DNA of 64,000 nt, taken from the NCBI GenBank assembly GCA_943788985.1, contig CALSSJ010000030.1, forward strand, positions 32,001 to 96,000. Direction: 5' to 3'. Each line of letters begins with the position of its first letter. Position 1 is the first letter of the stretch. The translations under genes were made by a program, and so were the position numbers. Positions 17,693-25,830 of this stretch are shown here, in pieces. The notes below the pieces were generated by a model. It was not told the origin of the DNA, did no database searches, and worked only from the letters and a program-made list of their open reading frames with translations. This DNA comes from an uncultured Lentisphaerales bacterium. GTDB lineage: Bacteria > Verrucomicrobiota > Lentisphaeria > JABSQK01 > UBA12247.

Positions 17693-18637
17693 ATGAACAA
17701 GGAACAGCATCAGGACATACGCATTGGCACCCTAGTCAACGGCGGTGCGAACTCCGCAAACTACATCGAACAGATCTTGCCCCACGGCTTTGAATCCTTC
17801 AGCATTACCTTTTGGCAGACCCTTGGCGACACCGACCTGTCGCAGCTCGCTGCCGAGGTGATGCCGGTCGTCACTGGCGGCAACGCCGTGGTCTCCAGCC
17901 TTGGCGTCTTTGGCAACCCGCTCGAAAATGACGAGCTGGCACAGAAAACCCGCGAGGGCTGGGAACTAGCGATCGACCACGCCCACGACTTCGGCTGCGA
18001 CATCGTTGCTGGTTTTGCCGGACGCCTGCGCGGCAAGCCGATTCACGAAAGCATGGATCGCTTTCGCGAGGTCTTTCAACCACTTACCGAGCGCGCGGGC
18101 GAAAAGGACGTCCGCATTGCCTTCGAAAACTGCGATATGGGCGGCACTTGGGAAAGCGGAGACTGGAACATCGCTCACAACCCCACAGCCTGGGAGATGA
18201 TGTTCGATGCTGTCCCCTTGCCCAACATCGGCCTCGAGTGGGAACCCTGTCACCAAATGGTCAGCCTCATGGACCCAATGCCACAGTTGGACGACTGGAT
18301 GTCACGCATTTTTCATGTGCATGGCAAGGACGCCACCGTCCATTGGGACCGAGTCCGCAAGTATGGCATCCACAGTTCCATGCATCAGGATATCGCGCTG
18401 GGCAACAAGAGCTCAGTCATTCAGCCCTTCGCCTACCATCGCACACCCGGCTTTGGCGACAGCGACTGGACCGCGATCATCACCAAACTGCGACAAGGCA
18501 GCTTTGTTGGCTGCATTGATATCGAAGGTTGGCACGACCCTGTCTACCGCGACGAGCTGGAAATGACCGGCCAGGTCCATGCCCTCAATTACTTAAAGAA
18601 CTGCCGAGGCGGCACCTTCGTCGCCAACCCGACCTAA
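17693..18637 (+). CDS. Sugar phosphate isomerase/epimerase (xylose-isomerase-like TIM barrel)
   Basis: IAFENC, GLEWEPCH, HVHGKD and IDIEGWHD metal-binding motifs. Confidence 0.88.
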   Translation: MNKEQHQDIRIGTLVNGGANSANYIEQILPHGFESFSITFWQTLGDTDLSQLAAEVMPVVTGGNAVVSSLGVFGNPLENDELAQKTREGWELAIDHAHDFGCDIVAGFAGRLRGKPIHESMDRFREVFQPLTERAGEKDVRIAFENCDMGGTWESGDWNIAHNPTAWEMMFDAVPLPNIGLEWEPCHQMVSLMDPMPQLDDWMSRIFHVHGKDATVHWDRVRKYGIHSSMHQDIALGNKSSVIQPFAYHRTPGFGDSDWTAIITKLRQGSFVGCIDIEGWHDPVYRDELEMTGQVHALNYLKNCRGGTFVANPT

Positions 18638-18771
18638 CCTGTCCGACGCAGGGGCTACAGTTCTCCCCAGATGCCCCCCGGGCGCCTGGGGATACGGACT
18701 CGCTTCAGGGTGCTTCGGTGCCGAGAGCAGCGCTGGGCTTATCCGCGGGCTGCTAAAAGATCTGGAGAAAG

Positions 18772-19461
18772 ATGAACGACAACTGCCTACATTCGATTCC
18801 GGGATTTAGTGATCCCTTCAGCTCTATCACGCACTTGCTAGGCGCTGGCGTGTATCTGCTGCTGTCTGTGCGCATGTTATGTCGCCGGCAGGGCCAAGTC
18901 TGGGCTTTTGCGATCTTCGCCTTTTCTTGTGTCTTTATGCTATCGATGAGTGGGGTGTATCACTTGCTCGGGAGCGGCACAGGCCGGGCAGTCCTCCAGC
19001 GCCTCGACCATGCTGCCATCTTCGTACTAATCGCGGGGACGATGACGCCGATCCATGCGGTGCTGTTCGATGGGTTTATGCGCTGGGGTTGGCTGCTGCT
19101 GGTGTGGTCAGTTGTGGTCACCACAATCACGCTCAAGACCATCTTCTTCACTGCCGTGCCGGAATGGCTAGGGCTCACCTTTTTTCTGGGACTGGGCTGG
19201 TTGGGAGCCATCACCGCAGGGCTCCTTTGGTATCGCCTGGGCATTACCTACGCCAAGCCCATTCTCTACGGTGGCGTGGCCTACTCGATCGGCGCCATGC
19301 TAGAGTTTCTCGGCCAGCCCGTCCTTATTCCGGGGGGCATCGGCCCTCACGAGCTATTTCACATTACTGTGCTCGTTGGCATCACCTGTCATTGGCGATT
19401 CGTGGCCAGCCTCGCTACCGATCAGCACTTGACAGTGCCGAATAACGCACTCAGTGTTTGA
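18772..19461 (+). CDS. Hemolysin III / PAQR family membrane protein
   Basis: SSITHLLGA, SGVYH, RLDHAAIFVLIAGTMTP and HELFH motifs. Confidence 0.9.
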   Translation: MNDNCLHSIPGFSDPFSSITHLLGAGVYLLLSVRMLCRRQGQVWAFAIFAFSCVFMLSMSGVYHLLGSGTGRAVLQRLDHAAIFVLIAGTMTPIHAVLFDGFMRWGWLLLVWSVVVTTITLKTIFFTAVPEWLGLTFFLGLGWLGAITAGLLWYRLGITYAKPILYGGVAYSIGAMLEFLGQPVLIPGGIGPHELFHITVLVGITCHWRFVASLATDQHLTVPNNALSV

Positions 19462-19725
19462 GCTCAACACCAGAGCGTTATTATGCGTAGTTCAGACTAC
19501 TTTGCCCCCATGGTGCGGCACGTACGTGACGCAATTTTCCCGATCGATGAGCAGGAAAATCTATCCAGGTAGGCCCTGAGGTGACTATTCTCAGGCTTTA
19601 GTCACCTCGTCAGCCGGCCAAAGAGTCAATCGGCCCCATAGCGCAGGGCTGACGAAGCGCATCGATTGGTGTAGTGATTCGCCCAAAAAAAAAACGGCAT
19701 AACTTCATGCTTCGAGGGCGGCAGG

Positions 19726-19740
19726 AGTGCAAAACTTGGG
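19726..19740 (+). mobile_element. Probable isolated IS end remnant (AGTGCAAAACTTGGG)
   Basis: 13/15 match to the end at 6465-6479; preceded by TGTAGTG and an A-run; no transposase attached. Confidence 0.35.
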
Positions 19741-19884
19741 CAAATGCTTCTAGGCGGGAAGGACGAACCACGAAGCAGCATCCACGACATTAAGCAGCCC
19801 GATAAGTAAGGTGGATGAGGAGGCTGGCGAAACCGCAATTTTTCGCCTGCTTGCTGAAGAGTGAAAACGCGGGTTCCGGCAGAT

Positions 19885-20724
19885 TCAGGGATCCACGGAC
19901 TGCACCGACGGCACAGGCAAGGATTCTCCTCCCCATGCCTGCCGGCGCAGGGTTCGCGGGCAGACAGCATATCGCGCCTTAATCAATCGCGAGAAATGGG
20001 TAGCGCTCTGAAAGCCACAGCGGTAGCCTGCCTCTCCAATACTCAGCCCCGTCTGGCGCAGTAACCTCGCCCCCTCCCGCGTACGCTGCTGCCATAGATA
20101 CCGCATCGGCCGCGTCCCGAGGTGCTGCCGAAACAGCCGGTTGAGATGTTGGGGCGTCACGCCCGCCGCCTTGGCAAGCACGGTCAGATCCAAGGAAGAT
20201 GTCAGGCTCTCGTCGATCAAGCGCACAGCTTTCGCCAACGGTGTCGGAAGCCGCTGGTGGGCTTTGTGCCGATAACCGGCGGACTGCAGATACTCGAGGA
20301 TCGCACAACGGATCAGGCCAGCACGCACCGCCCTCGCCGTGGGCTCCCAGTCATGCGCTGCTGGCAGGCTCACCTCAAACAACTGCCCAAGCCTCGCCGA
20401 CACTGGGCAAACAAGTGGCAACTCTGACAGACAGCGCAGCTGCGCGACCGACAACTCCGGAACGTCAGCCTGTCGCCAGCCATGCAGCGTTTCCCCGGCC
20501 GTCGAAAAGGAAAAATGCTCGTTCCCGCCCGGCAGCAGCAGCGTCGCCTCACCGGCACCCACACGGCGAACCACACCATCCACGGTGATCACCGCCTCTC
20601 CCTGATCCACGTAGACCAGTTGCAGCGAAGTTTGAATGCGTGGCCCCAAGCTTGCCCCCGGCGCATAGCGAATGAACCCCGCCCCAAACCTGTCCCCAAA
20701 CTGCATTATGTTCATTTCAGACAA
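19885..20724 (-). CDS. AraC family transcriptional regulator
   Basis: N-terminal cupin-like domain; HLNRLFRQHLG and CGFQSATHFSRLIK helix-turn-helix motifs. Confidence 0.9.
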   Translation of the reverse strand: MSEMNIMQFGDRFGAGFIRYAPGASLGPRIQTSLQLVYVDQGEAVITVDGVVRRVGAGEATLLLPGGNEHFSFSTAGETLHGWRQADVPELSVAQLRCLSELPLVCPVSARLGQLFEVSLPAAHDWEPTARAVRAGLIRCAILEYLQSAGYRHKAHQRLPTPLAKAVRLIDESLTSSLDLTVLAKAAGVTPQHLNRLFRQHLGTRPMRYLWQQRTREGARLLRQTGLSIGEAGYRCGFQSATHFSRLIKARYAVCPRTLRRQAWGGESLPVPSVQSVDP

Positions 20725-20745
20725 GACTATGCCACTATCAATTCA

Positions 20746-20773
20746 TTGAGAGCCTACAGATGGAGTGTATTAT
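20746..20773 (+). promoter_or_regulatory. Putative sigma70 promoter of the PhyH-family gene
   Basis: TTGAGA-16 nt-TATTAT in the AT-rich divergent intergenic region. Confidence 0.35.
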
Positions 20774-20814
20774 AGACATATTCTATCGAAGCTCAACAAG
20801 TATCTGGTACTCTC

Positions 20815-21792
20815 ATGCTCACTCCCGATTCCCCTGGCGTCTGTACGCTCGATAGTCTCGACGCTAACGCCTGCGACTTTTACAAAGACAACGGCTTTCT
20901 CGTCATCACCAATGCAGTCACCCCAGACGGCCTGGCAGAGCTAGCCGCCGAGACCGTCGCCGTCTGCCGAGGGGAATACGGTCAGGTTAGCCGCTCTCCG
21001 CAGGCAGTTGGCGGCCCGCTCACCGACGAGATGCTGGCTGAGATGCCAGCAGAAGAGCTCATCTCCCACTTTCTTTGTATCCACCACCCGCACAAAATCT
21101 CAGCAACCTTCGAACGCTATTTAGCCCATCCGGCCATCGTCGCCGCCTTGACCAAAGTCATAGGCCCCAACGTCAAGTGCATGCAGTCCATGCTGTTCGT
21201 TAAATCCTCCGGCAAGCCGGGCCAGGCTTGGCATCAGGACGAAGACTACATTCCCACCCGAGACCGCTCCCTCACCGGTGCCTGGATTGCGATCGACGAC
21301 GCCACCGTCGAGAACGGTTGCCTCTGGGTCATCCCCGGCTCGCAGCGCCGCGGTATCCTCTACCCGCAGTACCCCCACGATGACAGCGATTACGACTGCA
21401 ACGTCATGTCATACAACTTTCCATACGATGAATCCGTCGATGCCATCCCCGTCGAAGTCCCCGCAGGAAGCATCGTCTTCTTCAATGGCTATTTGCTGCA
21501 CAAATCGCTCCCCAATCGTGCCCCAGAAGGCACATTCCGCCGCGTCTTGGTAAACCACTACATGAGCGCCGAGAGCCTGCTCCCCTGGCAGTTCAGCCCC
21601 GGCGTCCCAATCGCAAAGCAAGACTATCGCGACATCGTGATGATCGCAGGCGAAGACCCGTACGCTTGGAAGGGCCTTGATGACAGTGCCCGCCCCAGCG
21701 TTCGCTCCGCCGGCTATGGCGGCTGCGGTGATGGCCGCAGCGACCTCGAAGCCCATCTGCAGAAGCCAGTATCCGAACGCCGCTCAGATTGA
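20815..21792 (+). CDS. Phytanoyl-CoA dioxygenase (PhyH) family Fe(II)/2-oxoglutarate dioxygenase
   Basis: WHQD, WIAIDDATVENGCLWVIPGS and LLHKSLPN...R motifs. Confidence 0.9.
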   Translation: MLTPDSPGVCTLDSLDANACDFYKDNGFLVITNAVTPDGLAELAAETVAVCRGEYGQVSRSPQAVGGPLTDEMLAEMPAEELISHFLCIHHPHKISATFERYLAHPAIVAALTKVIGPNVKCMQSMLFVKSSGKPGQAWHQDEDYIPTRDRSLTGAWIAIDDATVENGCLWVIPGSQRRGILYPQYPHDDSDYDCNVMSYNFPYDESVDAIPVEVPAGSIVFFNGYLLHKSLPNRAPEGTFRRVLVNHYMSAESLLPWQFSPGVPIAKQDYRDIVMIAGEDPYAWKGLDDSARPSVRSAGYGGCGDGRSDLEAHLQKPVSERRSD

Positions 21793-22014
21793 AAGAGGAG
21801 CCAGGCCAGTGACGAGCCGAAAGCTCGTCTTATTCGCTGTGTTGATCGCGGAGATTTTTTCTGCCGTAAGCGCAGAGGAAAAGGCCATGAACTCAAAGGA
21901 CAATCCGCCAAAGCTACACGTGTAGATAGGCCGCAATGACTCTAACCTCAGCCAGCTGCCGGACTTCGCGCCCGCGGGGACAGAGTTAATTTCTGTTTTC
22001 GCCAGGGGGTAGAG

Positions 22015-22445
22015 ATGGCAAAAACTAGCAGAAACGCCCCATGCCCGTGCAGCAGTGGCAGGAAGTAAAAGAAGTACTGTCTCCGAATATCGGGGGTAGA
22101 CCATCGGCAACATCGCCCGGACAGGTCTATGCCGAGGTGGCGGAACTTGGCGCCTTGTCGAATAGCGTTCTCGACCTTATTCGCGACCATCACTTTGACG
22201 AGGCGGAAAGGGTGTGCCAACGCTTGGTGACTGAGTACCCAGATCAAGTTGACGGTCTGGACCGTCTTGCGATGACGTATGCGGCACAGGGCTGGAAGGG
22301 TAAGGCCGCCGAATACTACCGGAAGACAACCGCCTTGATGCGTTTATACGATGGCTTTGATGGCCCTGGCATTGCCAATGCGATGAGGGAAGCGGAGAGA
22401 CTCGACGCCGAACAATCAGATGCTGTCCATGACGGGCAGATCTGA
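22015..22445 (+). pseudogene. SEC-C motif + TPR protein, degraded
   Basis: ATG 22015 reads MAKTSRNAPCPCSSGRK*KKYCL (SEC-C-like with premature TAA). A TPR-like segment (FDEAERVCQRLVTEYPDQVDGLDRLA...AAEYYRK) lies in another frame. Confidence 0.7.
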
Positions 22446-22454
22446 GCGTTTGAA
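22407..22454 (+). other. attC-like integron recombination site (short)
   Basis: GCCGAAC-AATCA-GAT[G]CTGT-CCATGACGG-GCAGATC-TGAGC-GTTTGAA: AAC/GTT triplets, 5-nt spacers, paired L boxes with one extrahelical base. Only 48 bp long. Confidence 0.5.
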
Positions 22455-22552
22455 ACGAGCCGGCGAATAAGGCGCTGAAAGGCCAACGGCCTTGCCTTTC
22501 TCGATGCTTATGGGTACGTTGTCAGCAATGAAGTTGCTCGGAGGAGAATGCC

Positions 22553-22744
22553 ATGGCTATAGTAACCGAAAAAGAGAGAGTTGTCGAGGCTATTCATCAG
22601 ATCCCAGAGGATGAAACGATTGAGGAGGCAATGGAGCGTCTTATGCTTCTGGCGAAGATTGACCGCGGAATTCGAGAGGCTGATGCCAGAGATACAATCC
22701 CCCATTCCGACATGAAGCGCCGGATGGGCCGGTGGCAAACATAA
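22553..22744 (+). CDS. Small antitoxin-like protein of a RelE/ParE-type TA pair
   Basis: GGAGGAG RBS; 63 aa with KIDRGIREAD...IPHSDMKRR pattern; overlaps the truncated toxin start GTG 22732 (MANIRWT*). Confidence 0.6.
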   Translation: MAIVTEKERVVEAIHQIPEDETIEEAMERLMLLAKIDRGIREADARDTIPHSDMKRRMGRWQT

Positions 22745-22791
22745 GGTGGACTTAGCAGGACAGACCGGCTCAGCCCCCATCGCGCGCAGCG

Positions 22792-23002
22792 TGGTCCACC
22801 GAAGCAGAGGATCGAATTAATGCCTACGAGCGCGGTGAGATTCAGGCATCGACTGCGGGGGATGTTTACGCCCGGTTTGGAATCAGCCAATGATTCGCGT
22901 TCTGGCAGTTGCCTAGGCCGAATTTGCGGAGAAGTAGCCTGCTGCAATGAGCAACGAAAGGGTCTGGGCTACGAGTTCGCTGAAGAGGTAAATATTGAAT
23001 AA
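22792..23002 (+). pseudogene. Fragments of a second TA pair: addiction-module antitoxin C-terminus and ParE-like toxin N-terminus
   Basis: WSTEAEDRINAYERGEIQASTAGDVYARF ends at TGA 22891-22893, overlapping ATG 22890: MIRVLAVA*AEFAE, then after a frameshift EVACCNEQRKGLGYEFAEEV. Confidence 0.6.
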
Positions 23003-23023
23003 TCTCGCAATTATAAATATTCC

Positions 23024-23707
23024 ATGAAGTCTACTACTAATCGACTCGATCGTTTTATTAGCCAGAATAGTTCATTCCCTATGTCATATACACGCATATT
23101 AATTGCTCAAAAGCGGATAATTATAGATGGCCGTGTGGCATATTCAATTCAGCAGAGGGTGACGAAATTCAGTCATGTAGAGTTGGATGGATACTGCTTG
23201 AATAATAGGACCCCTGTTTATATCATGCTGAATAAACCAAAGGGGGTTGTCAGTGCTACTAAAGACGGTAAACACTCCACCGTGTTGGACCTAATTCAGC
23301 ACCCTCAGAAGAACGAACTTCACATTGCTGGCCGCCTGGACTTCAATACGACCGGACTGGTATTATTGACTAACGACGGGGCATGGTCACGCAAGATAAG
23401 TTTGCCTGAGAAAAAGATTGTAAAGACATACTATGTAACCTTGGCAAAGCCGTTAAGTCATGAGTATACTTATTTGTTTCAAAAGGGAATATATTTTGCC
23501 TATGAGAACATTACAACTCAGCCTGCACATTTAGAGATACTATCAGAGTATACCGCCAGACTTTCACTTGTTGAAGGAAAGTATCATCAAGTCAAACGGA
23601 TGTTCGGCTTTTTAAAAAACAATGTCTTGGCGCTTCATCGATCTTCTGTGGGAAATTTTTCTTTAGATGGTCTTGAGGTAGGGAAAAGCAGAATTATTAC
23701 AATATAA
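23024..23707 (+). CDS. rsuA: RsuA-family rRNA pseudouridine synthase (AT-rich)
   Basis: S4-like N-terminus (RLDRFI); LNKPKGVVS, AGRLDFNTTGLVLLTNDG and EGKYHQVKRMF motifs. Confidence 0.88.
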   Translation: MKSTTNRLDRFISQNSSFPMSYTRILIAQKRIIIDGRVAYSIQQRVTKFSHVELDGYCLNNRTPVYIMLNKPKGVVSATKDGKHSTVLDLIQHPQKNELHIAGRLDFNTTGLVLLTNDGAWSRKISLPEKKIVKTYYVTLAKPLSHEYTYLFQKGIYFAYENITTQPAHLEILSEYTARLSLVEGKYHQVKRMFGFLKNNVLALHRSSVGNFSLDGLEVGKSRIITI

Positions 23708-23808
23708 TAATTGGTAGCAAGCAAGTGAAAGCGCGGTTTCCCACAGCACAAGCTATCTATCGTGCATCATGTGGCCAGGTTTCCCTCTCGGCCTGTTGGG
23801 CCTGCCCC

Positions 23809-23836
23809 AAAAAGGATCGCCTCGAGGCGATTTTTT
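23809..23836. terminator. Probable bidirectional terminator
   Basis: AAAAAGG-ATCGCC-TCGA-GGCGAT-TTTTT between convergent genes. Confidence 0.5.
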
Positions 23837-23998
23837 CGTTTAATTCCCAAAGTGCGGCCTTGCCACGCTGTCATGGGAAGACCTCAATGCCTACGCCGAT
23901 GCCAGAACCTAAGTCATCGAGCGAATCCCCGGCTCTGCCTCTGAGGCGACTCCCAGAGCTGCCCGAGCGTCCTTTCCCAAAAACGTCGAACCGCGCGT

Positions 23999-24670
23999 TC
24001 AAGGCTCCTGAAAGTCTGAGGCATTCACCAATCTAACGAGATCTGGATTTGACGCGGCTATGCGCATGCCAATTGCGCCCGATGCGGCCTGCGACTCTAC
24101 TGACTGCAACTGCCACGATTCCGCATGACCATCTAGGAAGGTCAGGTTAAACTTCTGGCGATGGAAATCGCCAATCCAGTCCCCAGATCTATACGTCGAG
24201 AAGCCACCTTCCCTCACGAAGAATGAGTTCATATTGTAACCACGTGGGTCGGCCTCTTCGATGAAGATGAACAGTTGGTCGTGAGCCCTCGCGACAGCGC
24301 CTAGGCGTTTATGCGGGTCGAGCTCGCCGTTAAAACGACTATTGATCGAGTACGAGCGGAACTCATTGATGGTGTCTAGCGGGCAGTGGTAGGCCGCGCT
24401 TGATTGTACATAGGAATAGAGGAGTCCGTTTTCGTTGGCTGCCGCGCTATCGCCATTCCCCACCCACCGCGGACTGCGACCGGTATTGGACGAGACGAAC
24501 CACCCGTCGTTGTCATCTGTGTACATGGCGTAAGCCATTTGCAGATGATGCTGGTTGCCCAAACACGTGACGCGCAAAGCGTCTACTTTAGATCGCGACA
24601 GCGCGGGCAGCAGAATGGCCACCAGAATCGCGATTACGGCGATTACCACCAGCAATTCAATCAGGGTAAA
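23999..24670 (-). CDS. Prepilin-type N-terminal methylation / H-X9-DG domain protein (PVC-expanded family); no canonical in-frame start codon
   Basis: FTLIELLVVIAVIAILVAILLPAL, CLGNQ, HCPLD and HRQKFNLTFLDGH motifs. Confidence 0.8.
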   Translation of the reverse strand, partial: FTLIELLVVIAVIAILVAILLPALSRSKVDALRVTCLGNQHHLQMAYAMYTDDNDGWFVSSNTGRSPRWVGNGDSAAANENGLLYSYVQSSAAYHCPLDTINEFRSYSINSRFNGELDPHKRLGAVARAHDQLFIFIEEADPRGYNMNSFFVREGGFSTYRSGDWIGDFHRQKFNLTFLDGHAESWQLQSVESQAASGAIGMRIAASNPDLVRLVNASDFQEP

Positions 24671-24996
24671 AGAAAAGCTGCTGGGCTTTAGTCTATAAAC
24701 AGGCGTAAGTCACCCAATTCAACGACGATAGCATAATCAACTCACTCTTAACCACCTAGTATCCCCCGACTTCGGTCAGCCGAGTCTGTACTTCCATGTG
24801 TTAGAAGCACTTACGCAAAGTTATCTCCCATTCTATTGGGCGTCAACAAACAATTCCTAATCGTCTGGCCCGTCAGCCGTTGCACGCTGACTGAAAGCTG
24901 CGCAAAAGCGCCCCCATTGATTCGCTGGATACGATAAGATCGACTCGAGTCTACTTTTTTGATCATGTCCCTCACTCGGAGCGCTGGCGGCCGGCG

Positions 24997-25760
24997 TTAT
25001 ACCACCGATGCCCAAAACCAAGCCCGAAAGCCTGACCTCACTCGCTCGAGACCCAGCTGCGTTTGGGCCAGCGAAACCGGGCGGCCAGCGCGGCCCACGG
25101 ATTGAAGCCGAAGCATGAAAGCAGCCCGAGAATTGTCTGGATTTCGCTTGAATAGCTCTCTGGCTACACGCACCGCGTCCTCGTGGCAGTTCATCCTCAC
25201 GTAGTGACCAGCCAGGCTATCGGGCATCTGATCGGATTCCGGTAAGTCCTCCAGCAACCATCTAAGAGAGGCGGCATCCCACTGCAGCCAGGCCGGATCC
25301 GAGGTAACTTCTGAGAAGATTTCTGAAAGCGCCTGCCCTCGACTCTCTTCTGCCTTCAAGATCAGCACGCCGGCGCAATTATCCGTGTTGGTGGTGGCAC
25401 ATTGCAGGTACTGCCCGGCAATCCGCGGCGGTGCTTGGGATAGCGCTCCAGCATGGCCTTGAGCTCAGTGAGTGCTGCTTCCAAGTCCAATGCTTCCTCG
25501 TACAGCAACACGCGCTGAAACCACAGACCTTGGTGCGCTTGAAACTGCGGCACCAAGCGAACCAGCCATTCGTTTGCGGAGTTCGCAACGTTGATCGCCG
25601 CGCCATACTGCGTGAGTTGGTCAGTCACAGCAAAGACAAACCACTGCACCGCGCCACTCTTGGGCCTGCCTCCAGCCATCACGTGAGCGGCCAGCCATAA
25701 ACAGATCCCTGGCTTCTCCCCAGGCAGAGGAGATATCGGGGGTGGAGTTGCGAATCTCAA
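24997..25760 (-). pseudogene. Fragmented helical/TPR-like hypothetical protein
   Basis: Two overlapping ORFs in different frames with TPR-like helices (LEAALTELKAMLERYP; DAVRVARELFKRNPDN). Confidence 0.3.
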
Positions 25761-25830
25761 AGAGCGTAAGCGGGCTCTGAAGAATGCGGAACGGGACCCA
25801 ATAATTTGTCTTAGTTCAACTAAAAATAGT

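Noticed and set aside
6465..19740. Inverted 13/15-bp ends enclosing 13.3 kb as a composite transposon
   Set aside because: The interval contains housekeeping genes (ribBA, ribH, nusB), no transposase, and no matching target duplication (CTAA vs CAAA); two independent IS-end relics are more likely.
21809..21829. GTGACGAGCCGAAAGCTCGTC as a hammerhead ribozyme core
   Set aside because: Lacks the CUGANGA core and three-stem layout; it is a simple hairpin overlapping a GTG start.
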